Notes under the pieces: generated by a model | Seen by the model: only the letters and a program-made list of their open reading frames with translations | Databases searched by the model: none | Told to the model about the DNA's origin: nothing | Made by a program: the position numbers and the translations under genes | Shown here: positions 24,640-37,304 of the stretch, one piece after another | Layout of the letters: every line of letters begins with the position of its first letter | How positions within the stretch are numbered: the first letter of the stretch is position 1 | DNA from: Podarcis muralis | Taxonomy: Eukaryota | NCBI RefSeq assembly: GCF_964188315.1 | Contig: NC_135661.1 | Location: forward strand, 81,778,001-81,842,000 | Length of the DNA stretch: 64,000 nt | Direction: 5' to 3'

Positions 24640-27600
24640 TGCTGCCCATCTGACTGGGTAGCTCCAGCCATTCTGGGTGGTTGAAAAATAAAATAAAATA
24701 GTAAAAGCACAATAGAACACCACACACTAAAAACTTCCCTGAACAGGGCTGCCTTCGAAAATGCAATAAACAAATAGACATCTGCAAAGGAGTTCTCCAG
24801 TACAAAAGGAATGCAGACAATACCTTCAGACCAAAAGGAATTTTGGGTCACACGCCACATTAGATGCCTCAATGAGGCCTTTTCAGCATTTCAGTCATAC
24901 CTCAGGTTACGTCCTCTTCATGTTACGTTCTTTCAGGTTACATCCCGTGGTGACCCGGAAGTACCGGAAAGGGTTACTTCCGGGTTTCACCACTTGTGCA
25001 TGTGCAGAAGCGCAAAATGATGTCACGCGCATGTGCAGAAGTGGTGAATAGCAACCCGTGCGTGCGCAGACGCGCTGCTGTGGGTTGCACTCTTTTAATG
25101 TTGCGAACGGGCCTCCGGAACGGATCCTGTTCGCAACCAGAGGTACCACAGTATTCCTCTGCAATAGACTATGTTAGACTGTTTCACACTATACTATTAG
25201 ACTATACCTTGTGAAGTCGAGTATACCTGAAACATTAATTTTGGCTGAATCAGTCTCCATTTTAAGTCTAACGAAATGTTCCATACAGATTCTAAAGCAA
25301 TTTCCCATTATTTGGGCTGTATGGCACATTCTAACTCTCTATTCTGTTCCTATGTTCCCACACTGCTTATTCCCCGCCCCCCACTGCCCCCAATACGGAT
25401 TTGTAAGCAACAGTCCCAGCTTTAACTTTCTAGCAATTAGTTCTAGCTTGCAGCTTTCACTGTCATACTCACGGCATCTGTAGAGCGAGACCCCCAGCCC
25501 AATCAACGAGAGGATCAAAGTCAAGACCCCAGCAGTGATCTTAGCAATGTCCTCTGCCTTCCAAGCAGCTTGACTTGAACGAGAACCTGGAATCGAAAAA
25601 GGTCCTTTTGAGGGCTGCAGTGGCCAGATTAATGGTCGTGGTTACCTTTAGAACTCAATTAACCAGTATTCTAAAACCGCTGTGCCGACTGCCGGTTTGT
25701 ATCCAGCACCAATTCAAGGTGCTCATGCTAGTGTTTAAACCCCATACAACATACCGTATTTTTTGCTCTATAAGACTCACTTTTCCCCTCCTAAAAAGTA
25801 AGGGGAAATGTGTGTGTGTCTTATGGAGCGAATGCAGGCTGCGCAGCTATCCCAGATGCCAGAACAGCAAGAGGGATTGCTGCTTTCACTGTGCAGTGAT
25901 CCCTCTTGCTGTTCTGGCTTCTGAGATTCAGAATATTTTTTTTCTTGTTTTCCTCCTCCAAAAACTAGGTGCGTCTTGTGGTCTGGTGCGTCTTATAGAG
26001 CGAAAAATACTGTAGGTCCCAAATATCTGGAAAGCTGCCTCCTTCCCTACAGACCACCCTTAGTGTTACGATTGGCAGAGGGATCTTTCTTTGTAGTTCC
26101 TCTACCCTCAGTTGTCGAGGGAGTCACCCAGGACTCGGCATTCTCTGTGGCAGCCCTCAAATTGTAGAATATCTTCCCCACAGATATATTCCTAGCACCT
26201 TCTCTATACAGCTTTTGGTGAATGCTGAAGGCGCACCTTTTTACATGGCGTGTATGTGTTTTAGGACCAACCCTATCGCTGAAGGTGGAAAATTGCAGCT
26301 GCCAGGCAGGTTTGCCCTCAGCACCTCTCATTTTGCAAAATAGGTAATCACCAACTGTGGGTTAAACCACAGAGCCTAGGACTTGCCGATCAGAAGGTCG
26401 GCGGTTCGAATCCCCGTGGCGGGGTGCGCTCCCGTTGCTCGGTCCCTGCTCCTGCCAACCTAGCAGTTCGAAAGCATGTCAAGGTGCAAGTAGATAAATA
26501 GGTACCACTCCAGTGGGAAGGTAAACGGCGTTTCCGTGCGCTGCTCTGGTTCGCCAGAAGCAGCTTAGTCATGCTGGCCACATCACCCGGAAGCCGTAGG
26601 CCGGCTCCCTCGGCCAATAAAGCGAGATGAGCACCGCAACGCCAGAGTTGGCCGTGACTGGACCTAATGGTCAGGGGTCCCTTTACCCTTTACCTTTAAC
26701 AGTCTCAAACAACCACTAATCAACATTTAGTAATCCCTAACATGTTTGAAAGCACATCAAAGTACAAGTAGATAAATAGGTACTGCTCCGGCGGGAAGGT
26801 AAACGACGTTTCTGTGCACTGCTCTGGTTCTCCAGAAGCGGCTTAGTCATGCTGGCCACATGACCCGGAAGAACTGTCTGCAAAGGTCGGCTCCCTCGGC
26901 CAGGAAAGCGAGATGAGCGCCGCAACCACAGCGTCGTTCGCGACTGGACTTTTACTGTCAGGGGTCCTTTACCTTTTTTTTTTAACATCACTTGGATGCA
27001 CACAACCCACCCACCCCAAGAGAGGAGAATAGGAATTAGCAGCATGGTCAGGCTAGGATTACTCACTGATTATGCTGGGATTGCTTATGGCGTTGCTAAT
27101 GGGGTTTCTGGCCTCGCAGGTATAGGTCCCCAATTCATCTTCGGAGGCTCCAGCTAGAGTGAGGGTTCTGTTCTGCTCAGAGAGTCCGGCTTGAGCTTGG
27201 AGGAGCTCCCCATCCTTGAACCAGAAGACTTTGACATTGGAGCTGTCCGAGGTGCTACAGCGCAAGGTGACGCTCCTGTTCTCTGCCAGCACCGATTCTA
27301 CAGGCAACAGAACTGGTCTGGAGAGGATTTCTGTACAGAGAATAGAAAGAGGCTTATCCTTGGTGAGTCCTTGTGTGTTCCAGCTCTTGCATTCTCCATC
27401 GCATATGACCATTAAGGAACCCCACCTTTAGACCATTTCCCAAGACAGGAGAGGCTCACTTGGGGAGGGGGTGAGGTTGACTAGACTCTCAGGTGAAACA
27501 CATGGGATGCTTTACTTAATGCCAGGGACTGGGGCAGAGGAAAAAATGGTGGAGACTGCCTCTCCAGCCTGACCCTTCCAGAGAAGAAGAAGAAGACAGT

Positions 27601-30198
27601 TCAGAATTACAACAACTCAGCGGCAGATGAGGGGGAANNNNNNNNNNNNNNNNNNNNNNNNNNNNNNNNNNNNNNNNNNNNNNNNNNNNNNNNNNNNNNN
27701 NNNNNNNNNNNNNNNNNNNNNNNNNNNNNNNNNNNNNNNNNNNNNNNNNNNNNNNNNNNNNNNNNNNNNTCCCGCTTTATCACTACCCGAAGGAGTCTCA
27801 AAGCGGCTAACAATCTCCTTTCCCTTCCTCCCCCACAACAAACACTCTGTGAGGTGAGTGGGGCTGAGAGACTTCAGAGAAGTGTGACTGGCCCAAGGTC
27901 ACCCAGCAGCTGCATGTGGAGGAGCGGGGAAGCGAACCCGGTTCACCAGATTACGAGTCTACCGCTCTTAACCACTACACCACACTGGCACCAGGGGAGA
28001 GACAGCTGACAGACTCAGTGTCTTTAGAAAGCATCCCAGACCCCTCCTTTCCCAGAACCCGGCGGGCATTGAAAGTAGGAGAGCAGAGAGCTCAGAGGCA
28101 GAAGGCAAAGCTCAGCCCACCATAGTGATGATGCATAATGGGAGAGACAGAGGGGGTAGTGTTTCAATCAGAGCAACACCATTACTCCAAGAGGCTGCAT
28201 TTCTAAGCCTCTCTCTGTGAATATTGAATAAAAAAACATTGGTAAGAACTTTCCTCGTCTTATCCACTCCTGGCAACCTACCGTGTGGGGTTGGCTCCTC
28301 TGAAGCCTGACATTTATTTATTTATTTATTTAATTTTTTTAATTTTCAATGCATAATCATAACAAAAATTACAAACATTGAATCCAAAATAATACTATAC
28401 AAACAAAAAAGAACGGAACATACAAAAAAAAAAAAAAACCAAGAAAAAAGAAAAAAAGGAAACAAAACGAAACGAAACTAAACAAAAACAAAAAAGCACA
28501 CATCTACAGAAAAAAACCATATCATTACGTACTTATACACATATTGACTTCCTTCCTTTGTTCTAAGACCTCAGAAATTTTACTCTTACTATATTGTTGT
28601 GTCTGGTTAGATTACATCCATCTTTGTACTTTTTTTTTTTAACACCATTCCCCCCCCCTTTAACCCTTTAACCCTGTAAAGCATCATTCATTACATACCA
28701 ATATACTAACTCCAGAACAATGTTTTTTCATATACTCTTTAGCACAACCCCATTCTTTTAATAATTTCTGGTCCGATTGTCCCCTTATGAATGCTGTGAG
28801 TCTTGCCAGATTTATGTATTCACAAAATTTAATTTGCCAATCTTTCATTGATGTAATTTTTCTCCCTTTCCAGTTTTTTGCTATAAGCATCCTGGCAGCT
28901 GTTGTTGCATAAAGGAATACTTTCCTTTGATTGTCGGGGATATCATTTGTAATTAAACCTAAAAGGAATGCCTCCGGTTTTTTAATGACGCAGAAGGAGA
29001 GACAACTCAGGGCACATTTAAACCAGGCATGAAGGAACCTGTGGCTCCCCAGGTGATATTATTGTTATTGTTAATTATAAAATTTGGTTAGTTCCTTTAT
29101 CTTGCCCAGGGCAAAACAAAGTGACTTCCAAGCAAACAACCCCACATACCATATTGCCCCAAATATAAGCTGCACTTTCCCCCCCAAATTCTGATCGTGC
29201 AGCTGATCGTGTCTGAAAGTGCAGCTTAGATTCACGACCTCACGCCACTGGCAAAGCGGCGTGGCTTTCCCCACACCAGGAAGCAGCCCAGGAGCACGGG
29301 GCAACAGTGCCCGTCCCGTCTGCCTCCCCCAAGCTGCCAGATTTTAAAGGTGTGTCTTATATGTGGGTGCAGCTTATATACAGGCCAATATATTAAAACC
29401 AAGCAGGGAAAGACGGGGAAGAAATACATTAAAAATATTACACCTATATCTAAAAGGCTACATACAGATGGTTGAAGGCCAAATACCTGTTTATAGAAGA
29501 ATGTCCCCCGCCCCTTTCCCGGTGCCTAAAGATATATCAGGATGATGCCAGATGTTGTTCAACTCCCACTTCCTTCATTCCTGAACATTGGCAATGCTGG
29601 CTGAGGGCTGATCTGGAGGCCCACAGATTTCCTCATCCCTGACATAAAGGCATTAGAAGGGCTGGAGAACGTCATACCTGAAACCTCCATGTCCACATGG
29701 CCTGTGGTGGAAAGCATCCCACTTTCGTCCAGTGTTACTGTATAAATCCCAGAGTCCTCTGGTACTAAATTCCTGATGTGAAGGGAGCAGCCAGGACCCA
29801 TTGTCTCTCGCCTAGTGTAGGCCGCTCCCGGCACATAAAACGGAGGTGTATGGGTGAAGATCAGTTCCTCCGATTCAGCTGTCACCCCACGGTACCAGTG
29901 GCACCTTTTAAAATCTTCTAAGACAACTCCTGGTGTAAGGGTGACGCTCTGCCCTGCTACTGGATTCAGTGGTTCCACAGCGATGGAGATTTTGGTGGCG
30001 ATGGTGTCCTGGCCTTGAGTTAACAGGAAGCAAGAACTCACGATGGAGGCTGCAGTGTGGGATATAAGAGAGATTTTTCTCATCAAGCCAGAGGTGGAAA
30101 TCTTTTCCAGCTTGAGGGACACATACCTTTGTACTGTGGACTAGTGTCTACACAACTACTGCACAACCCTCTATCCTATGACAAGAGAGAAAGACACA

Positions 30199-30244
<46 letters not shown>

Positions 30245-33200
30245 TATTATTATTATTTTGAGGATGGATGGTGGCTAACAGATTGCGGTTGAATCCTGAT
30301 AAGACAGAAGTACTGTTTTGGGGGGACAGGGGCGGGCAGGTGTGGAGGATTCCCTGGTCCTGAATAGGGTAACTGTACCTCTGAAGGACCAGGTGCACAG
30401 CCTGGGAGTCATTTTGGACTCATAGCTGTCCATGGAGGCGCAGGTCAATTCTGTGTTCAGGGCAGCTGTCTACCAGCTCCATCTGATACGCAGACTGAGA
30501 CCCTACCTGCCTGCGGACTGTCTTGCCAGAGTGGTGCATGCTCTGGTTATTTCCTGCTTGGACTACTGCAATGCGCTCTCCGTGGGGCTACCTTTGAAGG
30601 TGATCTGGAAACTAAAATTAATCCAGAATGCAGCAGCTAGCCTGGTGACTGGGAGTGGCCGCCGAGACAATATAAAACCAGTCCTGAAAGACCTATATTG
30701 GCTCCCAGATAGTCCCCAAAAAGCTCTCCAGTTTTCCATGATAAACAGTTCATAATAATAATAATAAATAATAAAATTATATTTATATCCCACCCTCCCC
30801 AGCCAAAGCCGGGCTCAGAGTGGCTAACAACAATAAAAGTAACACAACATTCTAAAATCAATTCATTTTAAAATCAATTCAAAATCAAATTAATGGCAAC
30901 CATTGGGCTAGAGTTCTGTGAGGATTACCAAAGGAGGGGATCAGGCTGAGCCTTGGCCAAAGGCCTGGTGGAACAGCTCTGTCTTGCAGGCCCTGCGGAA
31001 AGATGTCAAGTCCCATGGGGCCCTAGTCTCTTGTGACAGCACGTTCCACCAGATCGGAGCCACAGACGAAAAAGCCCTGGCTCTTGTTGAGGCCAGCCTA
31101 ACCTTCCTGTAGCCCAGGATCTCCAAGATGTTTTTGTTTGAAGACCGTAAGGTCCTTCATGGGACATACAAGGAGAGGTGGTCAAAACCAGCACCTTAAA
31201 CCTGATCCTGTACTCCACCGGGAGCCAGCGCAGCTGGTATAGCACCGGGTGAATGTGATCCCGCAGCGAGGACCCCGTAAGGAGTCTTGCTGTGGCATTC
31301 TGCACCCGCTGGAGTTTCTGGGTCAGTCTCAAGGGCAGCCCCACGTAGAGTGAGTTACAATAATCCAGTCTGGAGGTGACTGTCGCGTGGATCACAGTGA
31401 CTAGGTCAGGGCATCCTTCTTTGGTTGAGGTCTCTTCCTCTTCCCATTTCTGCACAGGTAAGATTCTGGCTGAGCAAGAGGCATTCTCAGGACTCATTCC
31501 AACTGTTGGTGGTGAGGGATTGTGGCAAGGTGGGTCCTAAAAAATTCTGTGTCTCAGGTGTCAAAGGCCAGAGAGGGGCATCTTCAGCATTTGCTGAAAA
31601 CTTATAGTGGAGAGAGAGATCCATAACTTCGAATGCCCTTTTCTGGACTGCTGCCCGCTGAGGTTCAGCAGATGGTGGAAAAACCAAGAGGACCCTCTCA
31701 GCTGATCTTAACAGGAGATGGCCTTTCAGATATTTGGCACCTGACCATGTAGGGCTTTAAACAACAAAACGTTCCACCTCCACTGTCTGAGGTGTTATCC
31801 TTCTGAATACCAGTAGGGAGGGTGTTGTTGCACTTGGGTTGTGCCAGTGGCCTTCCTGTAGACATCTGTCTAGCCTATGTGAGGATGTTGGACTTGATGG
31901 GCCTCTGACCTTCTCATGTCCTTAAGATTGGGAAGAAGGAAAAAGAAGGGTGTTGACTTTGGCAGAGGAACAGAAGGCAGGTCAAATGCCTCCTACACTC
32001 CTCCTTAACACCCTTTCGCTGCAGACTCCCAGGCCCCAAATTTGTGCCACAATTTCATCAGGCACCACAATTTGAGAAGGATACAGTGGTACCTCAGGTT
32101 AAGAACTTAATTAGTTCTGGAGGTCCGTTCTTAACCTGAAACTGTTCTTTACCTGAGGTACCACTTTAGCTAATGGGGCCTCCTGCTGCCACCATGCTGC
32201 CATGCAATTTCTGTTCTCATACTGAAGCAAAGTTCTTAACCCAAGGTACTATTTCTGGGTTAGGGGAGTCTGTAACCTGAAGCGTTCAAGCGGATCAAGG
32301 TGAGGTAATGAAGAACAGGAAAACATACTGAACTGAGCTTTTGGTATGATCTGAGCATGCTTGACAACTGAGGTGAAACTTAATCCTGCAATAAAAATCT
32401 AACAGACCACGAGGAATTTCCTTTGTCTAAAACTAAAGCATGCTCTCACTGTTTGCAATTCGGACCAATTAAGAGGAAACAGCATGTTCATACCAATGAG
32501 TTTTGCAAGAGAGAAACAAAATGATCTGATTGGGTGACTGAATTTGTAGTTTTTGTAAATGAATAGAAAAACTGTTGGGTTCTTTGTTGTCCAGTCTCTG
32601 CAAAGCAATCCCGCTAGATCAAAACTTCTGCGCAGAAATAAACGTTTGGACTCCTTTTTCACAAACCCCGCCTCATGAACTTTTTGGTTTACTCATGAGA
32701 AAGGGAGCAGGTTTTCCTGCAACAAAGGGTCTGGAAACCAAGCCTTATGAGGAACGGTTGAGGGAGTTGGGTATGCTTAGCCCGGAAAAGAGGAGACTGG
32801 GAGGTGATTTGTCTTCAAATATCTCAAGGGCTGTCACAGGGAAGATGGAGCAAGCTCCCCCCCCCCCCCCCCCCGCTCTGGAAGGTAGGACTCAAACCAA
32901 TTCAAGTTACAAGAAATGAGATTTCAACTAAACACCAGGAAGCGCTTTCTGACAGTAAGAGCTGTTCGACAGTAGTATGGACTCTCCTTCCTTGTGTGAT
33001 GGCCTGGGACTCAGGCTCGGACTTGGAACTGGAGGAGTCTCGGTCCACACCAGATCCTCTGCCTCAGGCGGCATCTGAACTGAGTCTGGGGCCTGATTCT
33101 GAAGAGCCCCAGTCTGCACAGGTTCCCCCGCAACAAGTACCAGCTGGGCCGAGTCAGGGGCCTGAGCCTGCCCTGGCTCCAGATGCGGGGATTACCTCGT

Positions 33201-33878
33201 TGCCTTCAGCTGGGCAATCACTTACAGCTGCCCCACTACCAGTTGGGTTAGGGGAGGCTGAGGTGGCCTCTGGGTCTAGTAACTCACCGACATCTCCCAA
33301 GCTGCAGAGACTCAGGTGTGAGAGAAGGAGAGACTTGAATACTTGCAGAAGGAGTGCTCACCTTTGGGCGAGACAGGGAGGTGAGTCACCGGACCAGCCG
33401 TTACCCCGTCAGAGATAAAAGACTGCCGGACCCCACCCCAGGTTGTGGGAGCAACATTGCTTCTTGCTGGAATTTGCCTGTTACCCTGTGCCTAACCTAG
33501 CCAGGTTTCCTGGCTTGGCCCTGTTGGACTGACTCCTCATGGAATCCTTGGATTTGGGACCGGGCCTGGACCGCGTTGCTCAGGTTAACCCCCGGGCCCA
33601 GCTCACCTTGGAGGTTTTTAAGCAGAGGTTAGATGGTCCTGTGTCATGGATGCTTGAGTTGAGATTCCTGCATTGCAGGGGGTTGGACTAGATGACCCTC
33701 AGGGTCCCTTCCAGTTCTATGATTCTATAAGAATTACTTTGACCATTATTTGATAGCACTGTGCTAAGCTGCACCCACCCCTTCCTCCTGGTGATGCTGT
33801 AGAAAGAAGGAAATAATCGCTCTTGCCCAGAGTACACCCTGCCTGCCTCCCACGCACTGTGTCAACACTATTATATAG

Positions 33879-33935
<57 letters not shown>

Positions 33936-34622
33936 TGGTAGTGAGTTTTGAGCTGTTTTAAGCACTCGTTCCTGTACCTTCTCAGCAACCTGCCCCCATT
34001 TCCTCTAGGAAACATGGGACTCCTCCACATTATATCACTAAAAGGTAAAGGTACCCCTGCCTGTCAGGGCCAGTCGTGACCGACTCTAGGGTTGCGCGTT
34101 CATCTCGCTCAAGAGGCTGGGAGCCAGCGCTGTCCGAAGACACCTCCAGGTCATGTGGCCAGCGTGACGAAGCTGCATCTGTCTAGCCTTAGGGGTGCTT
34201 TCGAACTGCTAGGTAGGCAGGAGCTGGGACTGAACGACGGGAGCTCACCCCGTTGCGGGGATTCGAACCGCGACCTTTTGATCAGCAAGTCCTAGGCTCT
34301 GTGGTTTAACCCACAGCGCCACCCGCTGACCTGCTGTTAATCCCCATTATCCCCAATTGCGATAGACTAAAGCAGTCCACACCTGCATGTATTTGCAACT
34401 TTGGCTTCACCTGTTCATACCAGGAAGCGTTCCCCTGGATTGTTTGTTCCCACCTTTTAATTTGTCAAATCTGTTATGCCAGTAAAGTACAGGCAGGGCA
34501 TGCGCACAGAACGCCGTGGGTGTGCCTTCCTTTTAAAACAACCCCCACCCCCGAGAAATGTGCAAAAGTCAACAGGCAATTGCCAGCTTGCTTGTGCAAT
34601 CGGTTCGTGTGTGTGTGTGTGT

Positions 34623-34661
<39 letters not shown>

Positions 34662-36679
34662 TGGGATAATCAAAATAAATAGATATAGCTAGTGAGGGAT
34701 CAAAAGGAAATATAAGAAGAGTCCCTTGCAGGATCAGGCCAAAGGCTCATCTAATTAGCATCCTGTTCTCACAGTGCCAACTAGATGTCTTTGGCAAAAC
34801 TGGCAAGAAGGAACTGACTCTCCCCTCCTGCCATAGGAGCGAACTCCTAGGGGCCAGGGGGCTTCGGCCTCTGCAATAAAATATATGAGGGGGCTGCTCA
34901 CCCCCCAAGTTGGTGGGCATTGTCATTCAAATATTGTGTGTGCACTGCATCATGTGATCGGTTATGCAGGACAGGGCATGCCTAGCCCCCCCCCCATATT
35001 TTATTCAAGTTGGCACCCCTGCCATCTCAAGCAACTGGTCTTCAAACGTATTAGAGTGGTACCTCAGGTTACATACACTTCAGGTTACATACGCTTCAGG
35101 TCACAGACGCCGCTAACCCAGAAATAGTACTTCAGGTTAAGAACTTTGCTTCAGGATAAGAACAGAAATCGTGCTCCGGTGGCGCGGCGGCAGCAGGAGG
35201 CCCCATTAGCTAAAGTGGTGCTTCAGGGTAAGAACAGTTTCAGGTTAAGAACGGACCTCCGGAACGAATTAAGTACTTAACCCGAGGTACCACTGTACTG
35301 CCTCTGATCTTGAAGGCAGAGCACAGCCATTATGGCTAGTAGCCCTTGATAGTCTTGCGATCCATGAATTTGCCCTCTTGTGGCAGTGAGTTCCATAGTT
35401 TAAGTACGTGTGCAAGAGGACTTTATCTTTGCTGAATCTTCTAACGCTTAGCTCCCTTAGATGCCCATGAATTCTGGTGTCGTGAGAGAGGGAGGAAAAC
35501 ATTTCTCTGCCCACTAGGCTGAATTCTATAAACTTCTATCGTGTCGCCTCCGACTTGCCTTTTCCTTGAGCTAAAGAGGCCCAAACTCTGAAACCTTTCC
35601 TGGCAACAGTGCTGCTCCTCCATCTATACGTAGAAAAGTCTATGTTCCTGACACACCCACTGGGAAAGAAAGGAAAGGAGCCATAAACTCTTTGCGTACA
35701 CAAAATTGCTGCACAATATATAGGGCGCAGAAATTTTTACGATGAGTTTTACTGCTGCCGTTTTCTGATTTTGCGCAAATCTTATCAAAAGTGGGTGGGG
35801 GTCCTCTGTCCCAGAGAGCATCAGAAATAGGAAAAGAACTGGCCGTCGGGGGTGTGTGTGCTAGATTTACGTATAAGCTAAACAAGCTATAGCTTAGGGC
35901 CCCTCTCTCTTGCCCCCCATGTACTTCTTCTTAATTGTATTTCACTATTAATATACTTCTTCTTAATTGTATTCCAGTTCAACAATTACTTTGATAAAAT
36001 ACATACAGTGGTACCTCGGGTTACATACGCTTCAGGTTACAGACTCTACTAACCCAGAAATAGTGCTTCAGGTTAAGAACTTTGCTTCAGGATAAGAACA
36101 GAAATTGGGCTTTGGTGGCGCGGCGGCAGCAGGAGGCCCCATTAGCTAAAGTGGTGCTTCAGGTTAAGAACAGTTTCAGGTTAAGAACAGACCTCTGGAA
36201 CGAATTAAGTACTTAACCCGAGGTACCACTGTATTTTGTTATGTGCAAATGGCTTTAGATACCTGTTGGGTCCATAAATTACCATATAGCATATATTCAA
36301 CACAAAAAAACAGCGACCATTTGTTGTTGGCAAAGGACAGCTGGACATATAAAGGGCCCCATTACCTTCAGTAGCTGAGGGCCTCATCAAACCTAAATCC
36401 GGCCCTGGTGGTGGTGGGGAAATATTTGTATTAATAACAGCAGTAGCTACAGCAACAGCAGGATGAATCGATTTGGGGAATGAACCCCAAAAGTAGACAA
36501 GTACAGTGCGGAAACCCACTTACACACCACCAAAGACTATCAAGGGTAACCCATTCCACAACCCACTTTGGGTCTTCCTCCCCCCCTCCCCTCTCAGGGT
36601 CCCAATCCCTCTCACCTGCTAGAAGTGCTGCCTCCCAGCTCCTTTTCCGCCCAAGGAAAAGCCCCCGGTGGCGCCCCAT
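23119..36679 (-). CDS. Gene C: CEACAM-like receptor L-N-A-TM(Lys)-short tail, ITAM lost, ~313 aa
   Basis: Exons 36616-36679, 29678-30049, 27067-27330, 25473-25586, 24205-24301, then tentatively 23794-23812 and 23119-23130; frame open throughout. The last two exons are less certain. Confidence 0.78.
23794..23812 (-). CDS. Gene C putative exon 6 (19 nt, SFSAGAE)
   Basis: Strong acceptor TCTCTCTTTCAG|, weaker donor GAG|GTGGGA; converts phase 2 back to phase 0. Confidence 0.45.
24205..24301 (-). CDS. Gene C exon 5 (cyt1) RGRCRTENTSTVEAPEPPTCDPPAYENVAIPD
   Basis: Acceptor CTCTCCCTCAG|, donor CAG|GTAAGG; homologous to A/B exon 5 (YENV) but ends in phase 2. Confidence 0.82.
25473..25586 (-). CDS. 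Gene C exon 4 (TM) SSRSSQAAWKAEDIAKITAGVLTLILSLIGLGVSLYRC
   Basis: Acceptor GATTCCAG|, donor C|GTGAGT; 114 nt, phase 1-1. Confidence 0.87.
25754..26012. mobile_element. TcMar/pogo-like MITE
   Basis: TA|CCGTATTTTTTGCTCTATAAGAC...GTCTTATAGAGCGAAAAATACTG|TA. Confidence 0.8.
26357..26990 (+). mobile_element. Sauria SINE (5'-trimmed) followed by a second 3' fragment
   Basis: Two consecutive matches to the SINE body. Confidence 0.85.
27067..27330 (-). CDS. Gene C exon 3 (IgC)
   Basis: Acceptor CTGTACAG|AA, donor A|GTGAGT; 264 nt; VTLRC...WFKDG...LSEQNRTLTL...YTCEARNPIS. Confidence 0.92.
27638..27769. other. Assembly gap (N)
   Basis: 132 N. Confidence 1.
27770..27985 (-). mobile_element. tRNA-derived SINE (Squam2-like), abutting an N gap
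   Basis: Reverse match to the same family. Confidence 0.75.
28300..28990 (-). mobile_element. L1-clade LINE 3' fragment
   Basis: KPEAFLLGL...LIAKNWK; A-rich tail. Confidence 0.72.
29678..30049 (-). CDS. Gene C exon 2 (IgV N domain)
   Basis: Acceptor CACACTGCAG|CC, donor CAG|GTATG; 372 nt; ASIVSSCFLLTQG...CHWYRG...GCSLHIRNLVPEDSGIYT. Confidence 0.92.
30277..30710 (+). mobile_element. L2-clade LINE RT C-terminal fragment
   Basis: YQLHLIRRLRPYL...VHALVISCLDYCNAL...QNAAA. Confidence 0.82.
30760..31410 (-). mobile_element. L2-clade LINE 3' fragment
   Basis: VTSRLDYCNSLYVGLPLRLTQKLQRVQNATARLL; (TTA)n tail. Confidence 0.82.
32690..33730 (+). mobile_element. CR1 LINE 3' end, interrupted by a solo LTR
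   Basis: KGLETKPYEERLRELGMLS; tail GGTTGGACTAGATGACC...CTATGATTCTAT. Confidence 0.85.
32995..33605 (+). mobile_element. Solo LTR (611 bp) with internal ORF
   Basis: TG...CA termini; 5-bp TSD CCTTG at 32990-32994 and 33606-33610. Confidence 0.85.
33882..33932. repeat. (TA)n microsatellite
   Basis: Direct reading; other SSRs at ~24587 (AAT), ~30199 (ATT), ~34608 (TG), ~41952 (TC/AC), ~50300 (AAT), ~55597 (GT). Confidence 0.95.
34044..34326 (-). mobile_element. Sauria SINE, internally deleted variant
   Basis: Head and ACCTTT tail present. Confidence 0.82.
36006..36231. mobile_element. TcMar-like MITE (family copies at 35054-35295, 55995-56220; truncated at ~32084 and ~58694)
   Basis: TA|CAGTGGTACCTCGGGTT...AACCCGAGGTACCACTG|TA. 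Confidence 0.88.
36616..36679 (-). CDS. Gene C exon 1 (leader) MGRHRGLFLGRKRSWEAALLA
   Basis: 64 nt; donor GCAG|GTGAGA identical to genes A and B. Confidence 0.8.
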
Positions 36680-36947
36680 TGCCAGGCAACTTCCTTCTGA
36701 AAGCTCCTAGGACTCTGAGGGCTGGAAGATGTGGCAAGACAGATGCGGAAAGCCCTTGCCTGTTGGCCAGCAGAGAGCCCCATTCCCCTCACCCAGGGGA
36801 AGACTTATTCTTGCCTTTCATTGCTTCCTCCGCACTTGTAAACCTAATGTACTTTGACCAGAAAGTTCTGGGTGTACTTAGCCAGAACATTTATTGGTTG
36901 CATCTAGTTGAGTCAGTCAGTCAATATATCTCAGCTAAGGCCACATC

Positions 36948-37304
36948 GGGACACAGGTGGCGCTGTGGGTTAAACCACAGAGCCTAGGACTTGCTGATCA
37001 GAAGGTTGGCAGTTCGAATTCCAGCGACGGGGTGAGCTCCCGTTGCTTGGTCCCTGCTCCTGCCAACCTAGCAGTTCAAAAGCACGTCAAAGTGCAAATA
37101 GATAAATAGGTACCGCTCCAGCGGGAAGGTAAACGGCGTTTCCGTGCGCTGCTCTGGTTCGCCAGAAGTGGCTTAGTCATGCTGGCCACATGACCCAGAA
37201 GCTGTACGCCGGCTCCCTCGGCCAATAAAGCGAGATGAGTGCCGCAACCCCAGAGTCGGCCACAACTGGACCTAATGGTCAGGGGTACCTTTACCTTTAC
37301 CTTT
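36948..37304 (+). mobile_element. Sauria SINE, full length, ~270 bp upstream of gene C ATG
   Basis: TSD TAAGGCCACATC. Confidence 0.9.

Noticed and set aside
24359-24872. ORFs with poly-Leu/Ile/Tyr/Asn runs
   Set aside because: Translations of (AAT)n microsatellite tails of LINE 3' ends; same at ~30.2 kb and ~50.3 kb.
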